From: Spironucleus salmonicida | Taxonomy: Eukaryota | Length of the DNA stretch: 64,000 nucleotides | Direction: 5' to 3' | NCBI RefSeq assembly: GCF_000497125.1 | Contig: NC_090598.1 | Location: forward strand, 1,302,001-1,366,000 | Part shown: piece by piece, positions 23,856 to 34,667 of the stretch | How the letters are laid out: every line of letters begins with the position of its first letter | Position numbering within the stretch: position 1 is the first letter of the stretch | The notes under the pieces: generated by a model | The model's database searches: none | Seen by the model: the letters and a program-made list of their open reading frames with translations, nothing else | Told to the model about the DNA's origin: nothing | Position numbers and translations under genes: made by a program

Positions 23856-25961
23856 TCACTATCTGCCTCCATATCCAACTAAATAGTCCCCTGCACCTAG
23901 ATCTTTAAGCCATTAAGAATCTAACATGTCTTTGCATCTTTTTCGCATATTTGGATTTAGGTGAAGAAATGGCTTTATAAATTTTTCTATATCTTCTGCT
24001 TCCCCTTAATCAAATCCATAGTCAACCACTAAAATAGTTGAAATTGCACGGAATTCCAAATTTTTAGTGAATTTAAATTATTTTTATTGAGTTTCTAAGG
24101 ATATTTCTATTAAATTTTCATTCTAGCAATTTTCTAAGAGCCAATCCAAGCCTTGGTCACCTGAAATTTAAACTATCTATTTGAGGTGATGAGATGGATC
24201 TTGCTTCCCATCTTATCTTGGCCTAAATAACACATTTCCTGTAATCAGTTCAAATACAATACACCCAACAGAAAAATCATCTACTTCTGGTCCATATGCT
24301 TCATGACCAATAATAATTTCTGGCGCTCTGTAATTTGGAGTTTGTATTGTCTTAGAAAATCTATAATCTGTGTAACATGCATTTCCTAAGTCAATAATTT
24401 TTATTTTAAACATTTCTAAGCAAAACGGAATAAGTTGTTATTTTGAATAGTATGATATCATGGTAGGATATATTTACTGTCCACTTGTGGTTAATCCATA
24501 ACATTTTATTTCATCAGGGGTTATATTTTTAGGTAAGTCTAATTCTTTTTACTTTAAAAGTGGATTAATGGGTTAATTGCTAATTTATTTTTCTTTTTAT
24601 GCAACACTCTAATATAATTATAGTCTTGAATGGAATCCAGATCTTGCAATTTTAACTAAAGTTTTGGTTGAGTAAGAATCATATATAATCCGTTCTACAC
24701 ATGATTAATGTAAAATCTGTTGAAGGTTATTATCAATAATATTTGATAGTTAGTAAGTTATTCCATTGCTAGAAATAAGCTGCTTTAAATTCTATTTAAG
24801 ATATTTCGATTCAACTAATTTGAGTTGTTAATAAAGATTAAAATTTTCAACAGTCTCTCCTTTCACAATAGAATCAAATACTTGCTTAGTAGAAAATAAA
24901 TTAACACAATTTTATTCAATTTTTATTTCTTGATCATAATCTTATTAAAAGTTTTTTGGAAGAATTTAAGCTCTAAATATCTCTTCAGACGTCTTTATTA
25001 AGTTAGGCAAATTGAAAATATTCATACCATCAATACAATAACACTGTTATTCAGTAGATACTTCGGCTTGGCCATATTTTTAAATAAATTTAACGAATTT
25101 TTTCTTAAAATTTGTATTATCCATTATTGTGTTTCTTATAACTTCCCATTAGTAAATCCCCTAACGCTAAGCCCTTAAATGTAAATAATTACAAATCTAT
25201 GACTGATTTTACTTATCCAAAAGATCAAAATCGTTGATATTTATCGTCGTTGCAGGTGTGCTTAATTTTGCATCAAAAATATGCTGACTCTAAGCTCCAT
25301 ATAGAATATTTTCTAACTTATAGTCAGTATCATTCAAAAGTGGCAAATAATAAACCATTGCTAGATTTTCTGGTTTAAGGTCAGTATGAATAATATTTGC
25401 AATGTTATGCAAATAATGAACCGATTTTAGTAAATTATAAGAGATTGCCTTAACTATTGGAAGCGGAATAGATTTATTATAGTTAACTTTTGGAGAATAT
25501 CTTGTCATAAGGCGATACACACTATGCCCTAATAGCTCGAAAACCATGCAATAATAAAATTTTTCTGTCTCTTCACAGTCATCATCAAAAACGTCAGCTA
25601 TCTCTTTTTTAGAGTATACAAAATTGTCTAAAAGTTATACGATGCCACCATTATCTTCGAGTTTTACTTGTTAACATTTATCTTATATTTATTTTAATAT
25701 ATCTACTTCATCTTTTGATATTTACTAATCCAGTTCAGATATATTTATTTTTAATGCCACATATCTATTAAAAGTAATATCTTTTGATAAATATACCGTC
25801 GAAAACCGACCATTAGCAATTTTGCGTAAAGGTATATAAGTAGATTTATCACTTTTAAACTCAGTTTCAAATAATTACAACCAACAATATCCATTATCAT
25901 CGTATCTGTCGGTACTTTCATCAATTTAATGATGAACAGATAAATTTTGATATGACGGCAT
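23856..25961 (-). CDS. SRPK-family (CMGC) protein kinase with long spacer insert, 701 aa
   Basis: GRFSTVYL, CMVFELLG and IIHTDLKPEN, then several hundred aa of spacer, then KIIDLGNAC and IQTPNYRAPE: the bipartite SRPK layout; ends TAG TGA. Confidence 0.9.
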
Positions 25962-26018
25962 TTTAATTGAAGTAGTATTAATACTATATATTGATATAAA
26001 ACGAATTATTAATATAAA

Positions 26019-27185
26019 TCAATCTACTTTTGTAATTAAATGTCTCTTGTAGTTTTCTTACATAACTTCTTGTTTTTTCTTATTAAAATAAATTTTTATC
26101 TTTAAGTCATAGTAATCGTTTAGTGGTTAAATTAAAATATACAATAAATTCGCTAATATACCACTATTAAAAACTAACCCCGTTAATAATATATTCTCTA
26201 CTACTTGATTATAAGGTCCTATTTCGGCATTTTGTTATAAATCTGTATAAAATTAATATATCATTTATTAGCTCATATAACAATAAGATGATTTCCATGC
26301 AAAACAATACTTTATTATATAATTTGTAGAGATTCTTTCCCAAAGCACAGCTTTACCACCAATAATAGTATAAATGATTAATGATTAAACGACCGCAAAC
26401 ACTAATGTCGTTATATGCATATAAGATTTCCATAAATAGTATGAGCAGCATAATAAAATTGTTAATGTAATACAGACGAATAGAATAAGATCTCCTTTGT
26501 ATGTTAATTTATCTAGGTAGAAAAATATTTTATTAGGTGGAAACTTTACTCTATTTAACTGATTTTTTGTCTTAATTTCAGAAATATCTACACAGTAATA
26601 CCGATAGCCTATCATAACTCCAAAAAGATATACATATAAATAATTTTATAAGGCAATACCTTAAGTATTTGGAGAAAAAGTACTAAAAACAAACATGAGA
26701 ATTGTGAATATAAATATATATTACAATTTTTTCTATTTTTTGTAAATACATGAATAAAATAGTACTAAACTAAAATACGCTTAAATTTCTACGCAACTGA
26801 CTGTTATAAGAAATTTATTAAAAGGAATTTCAATATAATTACTAAGTAGTAGAGACTAGAATATACATTACTTCATAGTTAAACTATTAAAAACATAATT
26901 ACCTAAAGATATAAATAACGATATAAAGAAGTATTCTTTAATTTTTTATGCTAATAAGTAAAATATATCCACTTTTAAAGATAATCTTTCAATAATACAT
27001 TAATAATCAAGAAAACCTTATACAATCAACTAGATAACAATAAAAATATTTTCACCAACTAAAAAAATAGACTATTCTTCTGTAATGGCCTAAGTAATAA
27101 CAACATTTTTCATATATTTATATGAGCAGGAAAATAAACCAAAAATAAGGAAGCCAGATTAATAAAATAAATATGAATCTGACAT
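26019..27185 (-). CDS. Multi-pass transmembrane protein, 388 aa
   Basis: ATG at 27185 is in frame with track ORF 26385-26615; many hydrophobic segments; TGA at 26019. Confidence 0.7.
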
Positions 27186-27233
27186 TTTATATATTAAAAT
27201 TATTAGTATTATATACTTAAAATAAAATAATTT

Positions 27234-28802
27234 TCACATCATAAACATATTCTCTTCATATTTATCTGTATAGCCATGATATTTACCATCATCTTTGTAA
27301 GAATCATGGCCTTGATATTCAGACTACATTTCAGATTTCCAATTATTTCTATCTTCTCCTAATTAAAAATGGCTTCTTCTAAGTTAATTAACCATGTCTT
27401 AGTTGACACGCTCACTAGATCCTATTGCATCTGGTTTAAAAGCGGCTTAGTTTTCAGTCTCATAACTATTCCTCTCATCACTTTTTAACATAACATCACT
27501 TCTCCAAAGTTGATTGTTTATAGGTTGTGCTAGTTTCTTGCCTGCAAATTATACTGAATCTTATAGCATTGCTTAAGTCTATGATATGTAATTATTAGTT
27601 AAACTCGGATCCATAAGCTATACAGACGATCTACCATGAGCTAAAGCTTCTAAATGGAATTTTGCTCTTTCTTCTTAAGCTTCTTTAATCATTTAGGAAT
27701 TAGGTTTGTACTACATCATAGTTTCAGATTAACCATCTCCACGCTCAGATGACATTTTTTAGGAATTAGGATCAGTTGGCTTAGCCATAAATTTTCTAAT
27801 GTTTTCTGCCTCTTTTTAATTAAATTTTACTTATGCTGCATCAACAAGTCCCCTATAATTATCACGCATTTCTGATATTCTCTCTTTTTATTTTTCAGGA
27901 TAGCAAACATGTTCTTAAGTATTTTCATACGCAGGTTTGACTGAATCTGATGCCTTAATTCCATCTCTACCAGGAAATGCAGCGCTCATCTCTGTCACAC
28001 CATAAAACTATCCATCTTCAGCTACTGGTAAATGAGATGCCCTGAGATATCTTTCTCTAGCTTTTTATGCATCAATATCAATTAAGTCCCGAGGTTTTCC
28101 TGCAACTTCGTTAAGAGCAGTTTGCGTTGAAGAAATTCCCATTTTAGATAAACCATCTTCTAGTTCAATATGAGACTTTTAAAATCTTCTTAAATCATAA
28201 GTCTCCTTTTCTACATTTGGTTAACCTTAATAATTTGCAGAGCACTCAGTTTAATATGTATTTTTAGTACCCTCATCAATAGGGATAGAACTTGTTCTTA
28301 AATTCATTGATTTTTACTCTGGTTTTTCATAATCCCTCTTAAAATATGCAGCCGAATTTTCAGTAATATAAGAATTAGGATCATTTCCTAACCCAAAATG
28401 AGAACCTTAAAGATTTTTAGTGAGAGGTTATCTAGCATAAGTACCATCTAACCTACGATAATCAGCCATATTTTATGTTTCCATGACAGGTGCATCGTAA
28501 CCTAATTTATTAGAAATATTATCTCTAAGACCATGAAGATTTACAGCCGCAGAATAAGTCTCACCTCTTTTAGGTTAATATTCTTCTTAAGTTTCGGAAA
28601 TTCCAGTTGGCATATTTGATCCTTACACCAAAGAAAAATGTGACTTTCTTAAATCTGCCTTCTTATCCTCTGACATATTTGCTTTAGCTTCTTTAAGATC
28701 ATATTAGATAAATGTATCATTGTAAGTAGAGCTACCAAACTTAGCGTTATCGGCGACTTTAATATGAGAACGTTGCAACTTAGCAGTATTAATATTTGAC
28801 AT
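27234..28802 (-). CDS. Repeat protein resembling SAXO5/TEX45-type microtubule-stabilising proteins, 522 aa
   Basis: Recurrent L-x-x-S-H-F-x-L-G-x-D units (LQRSHIKVAD, LRKSHFSLVQG, LQGSHFGLGND, FQKSHIELED, LRASHLPVAED, LRRSHFQLGED), each followed by S/T-x-x-x-x-x-Y/F. Confidence 0.7.
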
Positions 28803-28916
28803 TATTTAAGGTGAATTGCGGACAAACAATTATTCCTATATTTATATATAATAATAATATTAGTACAAAATAGAATGTTCTTAAATCATATATATTTTGT
28901 AATAAATAGGAATATG

Positions 28917-29671
28917 AATCACATATTTTCGAAAACCTGCTCAAAACGGTCGAGCAGCTTCTGGCTTATCTGCTTGAGCTGGCGTATCTCTTTCTTGAGC
29001 CCGTGCCCTTGAATTATGAGGTTCCGCTTCCGCTGGTCGTTGAAAACCTAGCTGCACGAGATCTCCAAAAAGCTCAGGTTCCGGCAGAGCCCTTTCCCGG
29101 GTTCGTCGTCGTCCTGCACTACTGGTTTGACCCAATCTTCGCAGTCGCTCTCGTCCTGCTTCACGGCGGCGTTGAGGTAGGTGATACGCTCCAGTAGGAT
29201 GTCCCGCTCGCGCTCGACCTTCACCAGCTGCGTCTTGTACTCGATCTGCGTCCTGACCAACTGCTACTGGAGCTTTCCCTGCTCCTGGCAATAGAACTGC
29301 ACCAGCCAGCTCTTCTTCAGTTGGTTAGTGAGGCGCTTCCGGCCCAGCCGCTGAAGCTATTCCTGACCCTCCTGGCAGTCCCCAGCGCTGATACTAGGAC
29401 CCCCTTCGTACTTCCATAGCAGCGTCATTATCTCCAGCTCGCCGTTCTCTGCCGCTATTTCTATCGCCAGCTTCTTATTCGCGGTCTTGATGCCGGCCTC
29501 TAGCTCGGCCAGTACGTGCACGCACTCGTAGAACCCGTGTTTTGCGGCATAGTGCAGCGCGGTGAATCCGTTTGACGATGTTTTAGCTGCCAGAAATGGA
29601 ATCAGCAGTTTCACGACGTTGATATTGCCGTACTAGGCAGCGTAGTGTAGCGCAGTTTTTTGGGCTGGTAT
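28917..29671 (-). repeat. Inverted repeat A, copy 2 (755 nt)
   Basis: Reverse complement of 9319-10073. Confidence 0.95.
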
Positions 29672-29755
29672 TGACGTAATATCTACCATTTTAAGATTAT
29701 CTTTTATAAAAAAGATGTCATTATCAATAGCTGCTTATAAAAATTGATTTGGCAT
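28919..29755 (-). CDS. Ankyrin-repeat protein, copy 2, 278 aa
   Basis: MPNQFLQAAIDNDIFFIKDNLKMVDITS, then identical to copy 1; same 837-nt length. Confidence 0.88.
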
Positions 29756-30622
29756 TTCGTAGAGAAATGTATTTTAAATATTATATAAAATTATTAATAC
29801 TAGGATTTCATTTATGTAATATTTAGCTTTATTGCGATAAATTTATAATTGCTTATATTATTATTAATTTTAATTATAGGACTTAAAGTATTCTTATATA
29901 TTTTGAGATACATTTTATAATAATTCTTTCAGATAATTTAAAAAATTTAATTCATGAATATTTCACAAAATTATCTCATATATTAACTTTTTCTCTAGTA
30001 CGCAAAAACTATATTTAGTATAGTTAAGATTAATGTTCATTCTAAAGCGTATAAAGATAACGCTAGAAATTTAGTGTAACATTGAAAATTGTTAATATTT
30101 TGCGCTAATATTTAGTTGAATAAAACTTATTTTTAATAAGATAAAAATTTACCAGAATTTGAAATATGTATTTTCAATATTAACAATATAATATTTTTAC
30201 ATTAATTACTATTATAGAATGTATGATAGTACAATTTAATATTATGTTGCTATCTACTTTAAAATATTATTGATAATTTTATCAATGTAATATTAATCTG
30301 TTTCACCTTTTATATGAATTATGCATTATCATAAAAATTTCAATTAAAATTAGTAGATAAGTTCATTAAGTAATTAAAATTATTTTCACAACTCTTAATA
30401 ATGTTGGATACCAAAAGGGTTTATACATTCCAATTAAAATTAATAATTCAAATTTTAAAACGATACAAATTATATAATCACCATATTTTATATTCATTCA
30501 TAGTGAATAATTTAACTGCGTAATTAATATTAATTTGCTTAAAATAAGATATAGATTATTTGATAAATATGAGTATTAACGACAAATTATTGTTATATTC
30601 TAAATAGAAATAAATTCATCTA

Positions 30623-32182
30623 TCACCATTACTCCATTTATTTTTCTAGTTCTCTAAGTTTTCTTCGTTTTTCTTCAACAGCATTTTCGATGTTTTATTT
30701 TTCACTTCCCAGTCCATTAACAATTCGTCTAGCCCCCTCTAACTCAGTTTCTTTAACGCGAACACGCGCTTGTACTCTTTGAAAATCTCGTTCTAGAGCT
30801 AAAATTCGTCGCTCTCTCTAATCTAATGTTTCGGATAATGCTGATACTTTGGCTGCATTTAATTCTGCCTTTTATGTTTAGTCTCTTAAATCCCGTTCCA
30901 ATGTTACTCTTTAATTGTTTAAGGCATTTTCAAACTCGTTTAACTTAACATTTTTCTCTGTTATTTAATCACTTAAATCTTATAATTATTCATTTTAACC
31001 TTAAAGCTATGTTTTCTATAATTCCATCTCGCTTTTTAAACGTGCTTATTCTTTAACAAGCGTATTATTTTGTACTTACATTTAATTCTATACAGACGAC
31101 TTTTAATCTTCATTTTGTGATATCTAGTCCATCCGTTTCCTTAAAATATTTAACTCCTATACGTTTTCCTTCTCAGTTTTGACGGTTTTTGAGTCTTTGT
31201 AGAGAGGCCTAATTGGAGCACTATTCTGACGCTGTCTGACACCACTAAGAACTTTCAATTCCTTCATAAAATTTTTTGATTTCTGTGCCTGCTGAGCTGC
31301 AGCTGCGAAGTCCAAAATTGACATCTTGTTCAGCTTGTTTTTGATATTTATTTTTTCTGCCTCAGCGGAAACATCAGGATTCCTAACCTTCTACTTGAGC
31401 AAATTTACGAAAATTCCGCAACGTGCAATCGCCAAAAGCTTCTTTCTAATGACGTCTTTTTTGTCCATTTTCATGTTCCTGAGCGCCAGATTCTGCTCCA
31501 AACAGCGCTCCAGATAACAACAGGTATCGGCCTGTTTCTGCTTTAAAAGCTGATGCTTAGTACTCATTTCCAGAAGCTCCTGACTGGCCAATTTGCAGGC
31601 CTGTAGAATGTCCTTAACGCCATTTCCGGCCTCGAACGCCTTCTTGGCAATGCGTTCGTTGTCGGAAATCAAGTTTTTGCACTTCGCGGCGAGCGAAATG
31701 ATGTCCTTCTCCTTATCGCTGATGCATCCCTCCTGAAGCGCGAGCTTTTGCGACAGAAGCCTGTTCCGCTCGGCCAGGATCTTGATCTCCTACACAGTGT
31801 CACTTTGGCGGTTCTGGTTAACATAGTTCGATTGCAGCGCACTGGTGAGCTGGTGTTTGTAGTTCGTGATCTGGTGCGACTGGGATTGGTTCTCCTACTG
31901 GAGGTAGTTGAGGATGTTCTGGAGCTTGTTAACCTGCTGGTTTACGAAAAGCTGCGACTGCAAAATTTGATTTTTCTGCGTAATTTCGTTGCCTAAGGCT
32001 TGCTCAAGTGCTGTAATTCTCGACTGGCCCTGTAGAGCCTAGAATTTGGCCATTTAAAGTTCCACTGTTTAGTTTTTGACGTTGTTAGCTAAATCCTGCA
32101 GTTGTTACTGTTTTTTATTCATAAGTAACATTGATTCCTTATCTAACAGCTCAGCTTTTAATTCCAAATTTTCCACGTCCAT
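30623..32182 (-). CDS. Coiled-coil protein, 519 aa
   Basis: MDVENLELKAELLDKES...; in frame with track ORF 31391-31672; Q/E/K/L-rich heptads; ends TGG TGA. Confidence 0.78.
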
Positions 32183-32310
32183 TAAAATTTAGAATTTTAT
32201 ATAATAGTATTTAGTATATAATAAATATTCCTTCAGAAATCAATAAGATCTTGGGTTATGATACCTCTTTTTGAGGGAAGCTTCTAAAAATTATTGAGTT
32301 CAAATAGTTT

Positions 32311-32694
32311 AAGTTCACTGGAACCGCAGGGCTGGCCTCGGTGACCGAGCGTGAGATGCTCAGCGAGCGCATCGAGGCGGAGATTGCAACCTGCAGGAGG
32401 AGGGCGGACGCGCTTGCGGGGCAGCTGTCAGCCTCGCCGGCACCGTTTAAGGTCCCGCGATTTGAGCTGCACGGCCCCCAGCCCAGCGATCTGGAGCAGC
32501 AGCTGGACCACCTCAACGCTGAAATGGCGATGTAGCCGTCGTACACGGGCCAGATGAACCTGCTGGCGGAGCACCACGCCCTAGTCACCCAGGTCATGAG
32601 CCGCAACGCACCCTTCCCAGCCCAGCTGGCCGCCATGGACAGGGCCCTCGCGCTGCTGTCGCACCAGGTCCAGCACCTCGCATCACTTGAGTGA
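32311..32694 (+). pseudogene. 5'-truncated or decayed copy of gene X (15738-16193)
   Basis: Near-identical to X from KFTGTAG onward. The upstream frame has TGA at 32272-32274 and no ATG until 32356. Confidence 0.72.
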
Positions 32695-33621
32695 GGGTCG
32701 CATGTCCATCTTCAGGTACTCGTCAAAGGCGCCGTTCGCTGCGTCGAGGTCCGAGGACAGCTGCTTGATCTCCTCCCTGGCCGCGAACAGATCGATGCGC
32801 GCCTGGTACAGCCCCGAGCCGGACTGGGAGGAGACCTCCTTGAGCTGCGCCTTAAGGTCGGCCACCTCGCGCTGCAGGATGTCGACCAGGTCGGATTTGA
32901 TGCCCTTGTAGGTCATCATGGCCATGGCGCGCTCCTTGGGGCTCGCGGAGGACGATAGCCCCGATATGCCGAAGAGCTCCTTGAGGGCCTAGATCTCGAT
33001 CTTGTAGTCGGTGAGGAGCTGGTCCTTGTGGGCGAGCTGCGACGTGGCGTGCTCGTACAGCGCCTTGAAGTTGCTGTTCTCGGTGATGTACTTCACATGT
33101 TCGATGATCTGGGGCTTCTGGTGCTGCACCTGCTCGCGCAGTATCGCCAGCTCGGACTCCATGCGGATGTTCTGCTCGACGATCTCGTCCAGGCGCACGT
33201 CCTTGTCCACCTGCGGTGCTCGCTCACTACTCTGCCGCTCCAGCGCCTGCAGTCTCTGCGTAAGCTGCTGGTTCTTTATGGCGAGGTTGTCGATCTGCAT
33301 CTGCCGCAGGTCGTTGGACCGCTCCAGCTGATACAACTTGGACTTAGCCTCTGCCTCCTGCTGGTCGGACACCTCCTCGGACGTGGGCGCCATGAGCTCC
33401 CTCGCGGATAGGATCTTCTTCGGGGAGAAGGACACCACGGGGATCGGGAGGTTGAAGCTGGGGTGCTTCGCCAGAAATCCGGGTGGCGTCGGGGGCAGGT
33501 TGTGCTGCGGGGAGCCCATGGCCCGCGGTGACATAGCCGAGGAGGTCTGCAGCTACTGCAGCACGTCACTCTTGATGGTGGCCCGGGCGGACGAGGCCAT
33601 CAGAATTGTCTTCCTGGGCAT
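32683..33621 (-). CDS. Hypothetical coiled-coil protein, copy 2, 312 aa
   Basis: Differs from 14811-15749 at 3 residues seen (L/V, S/T, F/L). Confidence 0.8.
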
Positions 33622-33669
33622 TGCGAAAAGGTATCGTCCCGATATAGTATAGTAATGTAATTTCTCAAA

Positions 33670-34185
33670 TCAGTCTTTCTTGTTCTCAATGCTCTCCACA
33701 GGCGCCTTGAACATTCCCACGTGGCTGATGGCGCACTTGGGGCAGCTGAAGGACTGGCTCGTCTCGACGCACTTCTTGATCTCGGACTGCGACGGGTTCG
33801 ATATCATGCCCACCGCACGCTCCTTGTACTCCTGGAACAGGCTCTGCAGGCCAATGATGATGGGCCCGAACCCCACCGCGGGGGACCACTGTTCAGGGTG
33901 GAAGGCTGTAAAAGAAAAACAAATATTCGTATTTGTTTCAAACCGTCCCGAAGGGGTAATCATGCGTACATGAGGTGCTCTGAACGGATATTCTTTTGGT
34001 AATAATAACTAACCATGATATGCACCACCTTAATATTCAGTATTTAGAGGACCTCTAACCGAAAAATGAATATCTAACATATTATCTTTATCAGGTATCC
34101 AAATCTTATAATTAGGATCATTTGCTTATTATACTGCCTTAAGTTAACGCATTATAATTTTAGGGTTTTCAGGTAAGTCAGGCAT
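33670..34185 (-). CDS. UBC6: Ubiquitin-conjugating enzyme E2, Ubc6/UBE2J family, 171 aa
   Basis: HFSVRGPLNTEYQGGAYHG, YPFRAP and TPSGRFETNTNICFSFTAFHPEQWSP, the UBE2J-type signature. Confidence 0.88.
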
Positions 34186-34667
34186 TGTGGAAAGGCAAAG
34201 ATATAAATATTATAATTGAGTATATAATAATTAATATTTATGACATAATTATGCAAATAATACTATATAATTTTTACAATATTTTGTTTAAGAATATTTT
34301 AGATGAAATCTATAATATTAAAGTTATCTAGATCCTCTAGTTATTATACATGTATTAAAACTATATATATATATGTTATTGATTTTACATATATCTGCTG
34401 CATAATGTATAATAAGAAGTTACACAAGATTAAAATAAAAATAAATAAAGAATATGTTTTTTAGAATATTATTCTAATGATAAAATTATATTCGAATTTT
34501 GTCAAATAAACATTGTAAATATTTTATATATAATTTATATATAATTTACATAATATCTTCATTCTTTACAGAATCTATCATAAATTATATTTGAACTATA
34601 GCAAAATTTCGAAACTTCAGAATAAATTAGTATTATATTATATTCTTAATACTATGTTTTTTCAAAA

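Larger units (their letters stand above)
32311..33904 (-). repeat. Inverted repeat B, copy 2 (1594 nt)
   Basis: Reverse complement of 14528-16121. Confidence 0.95.

Noticed and set aside
14528-33904. Repeat B as terminal inverted repeats of a large DNA transposon (Polinton/Maverick-like)
   Set aside because: The repeats consist of host gene fragments. The interior holds ordinary cellular genes, and I saw no transposase, integrase, polymerase or capsid gene and no target-site duplication.
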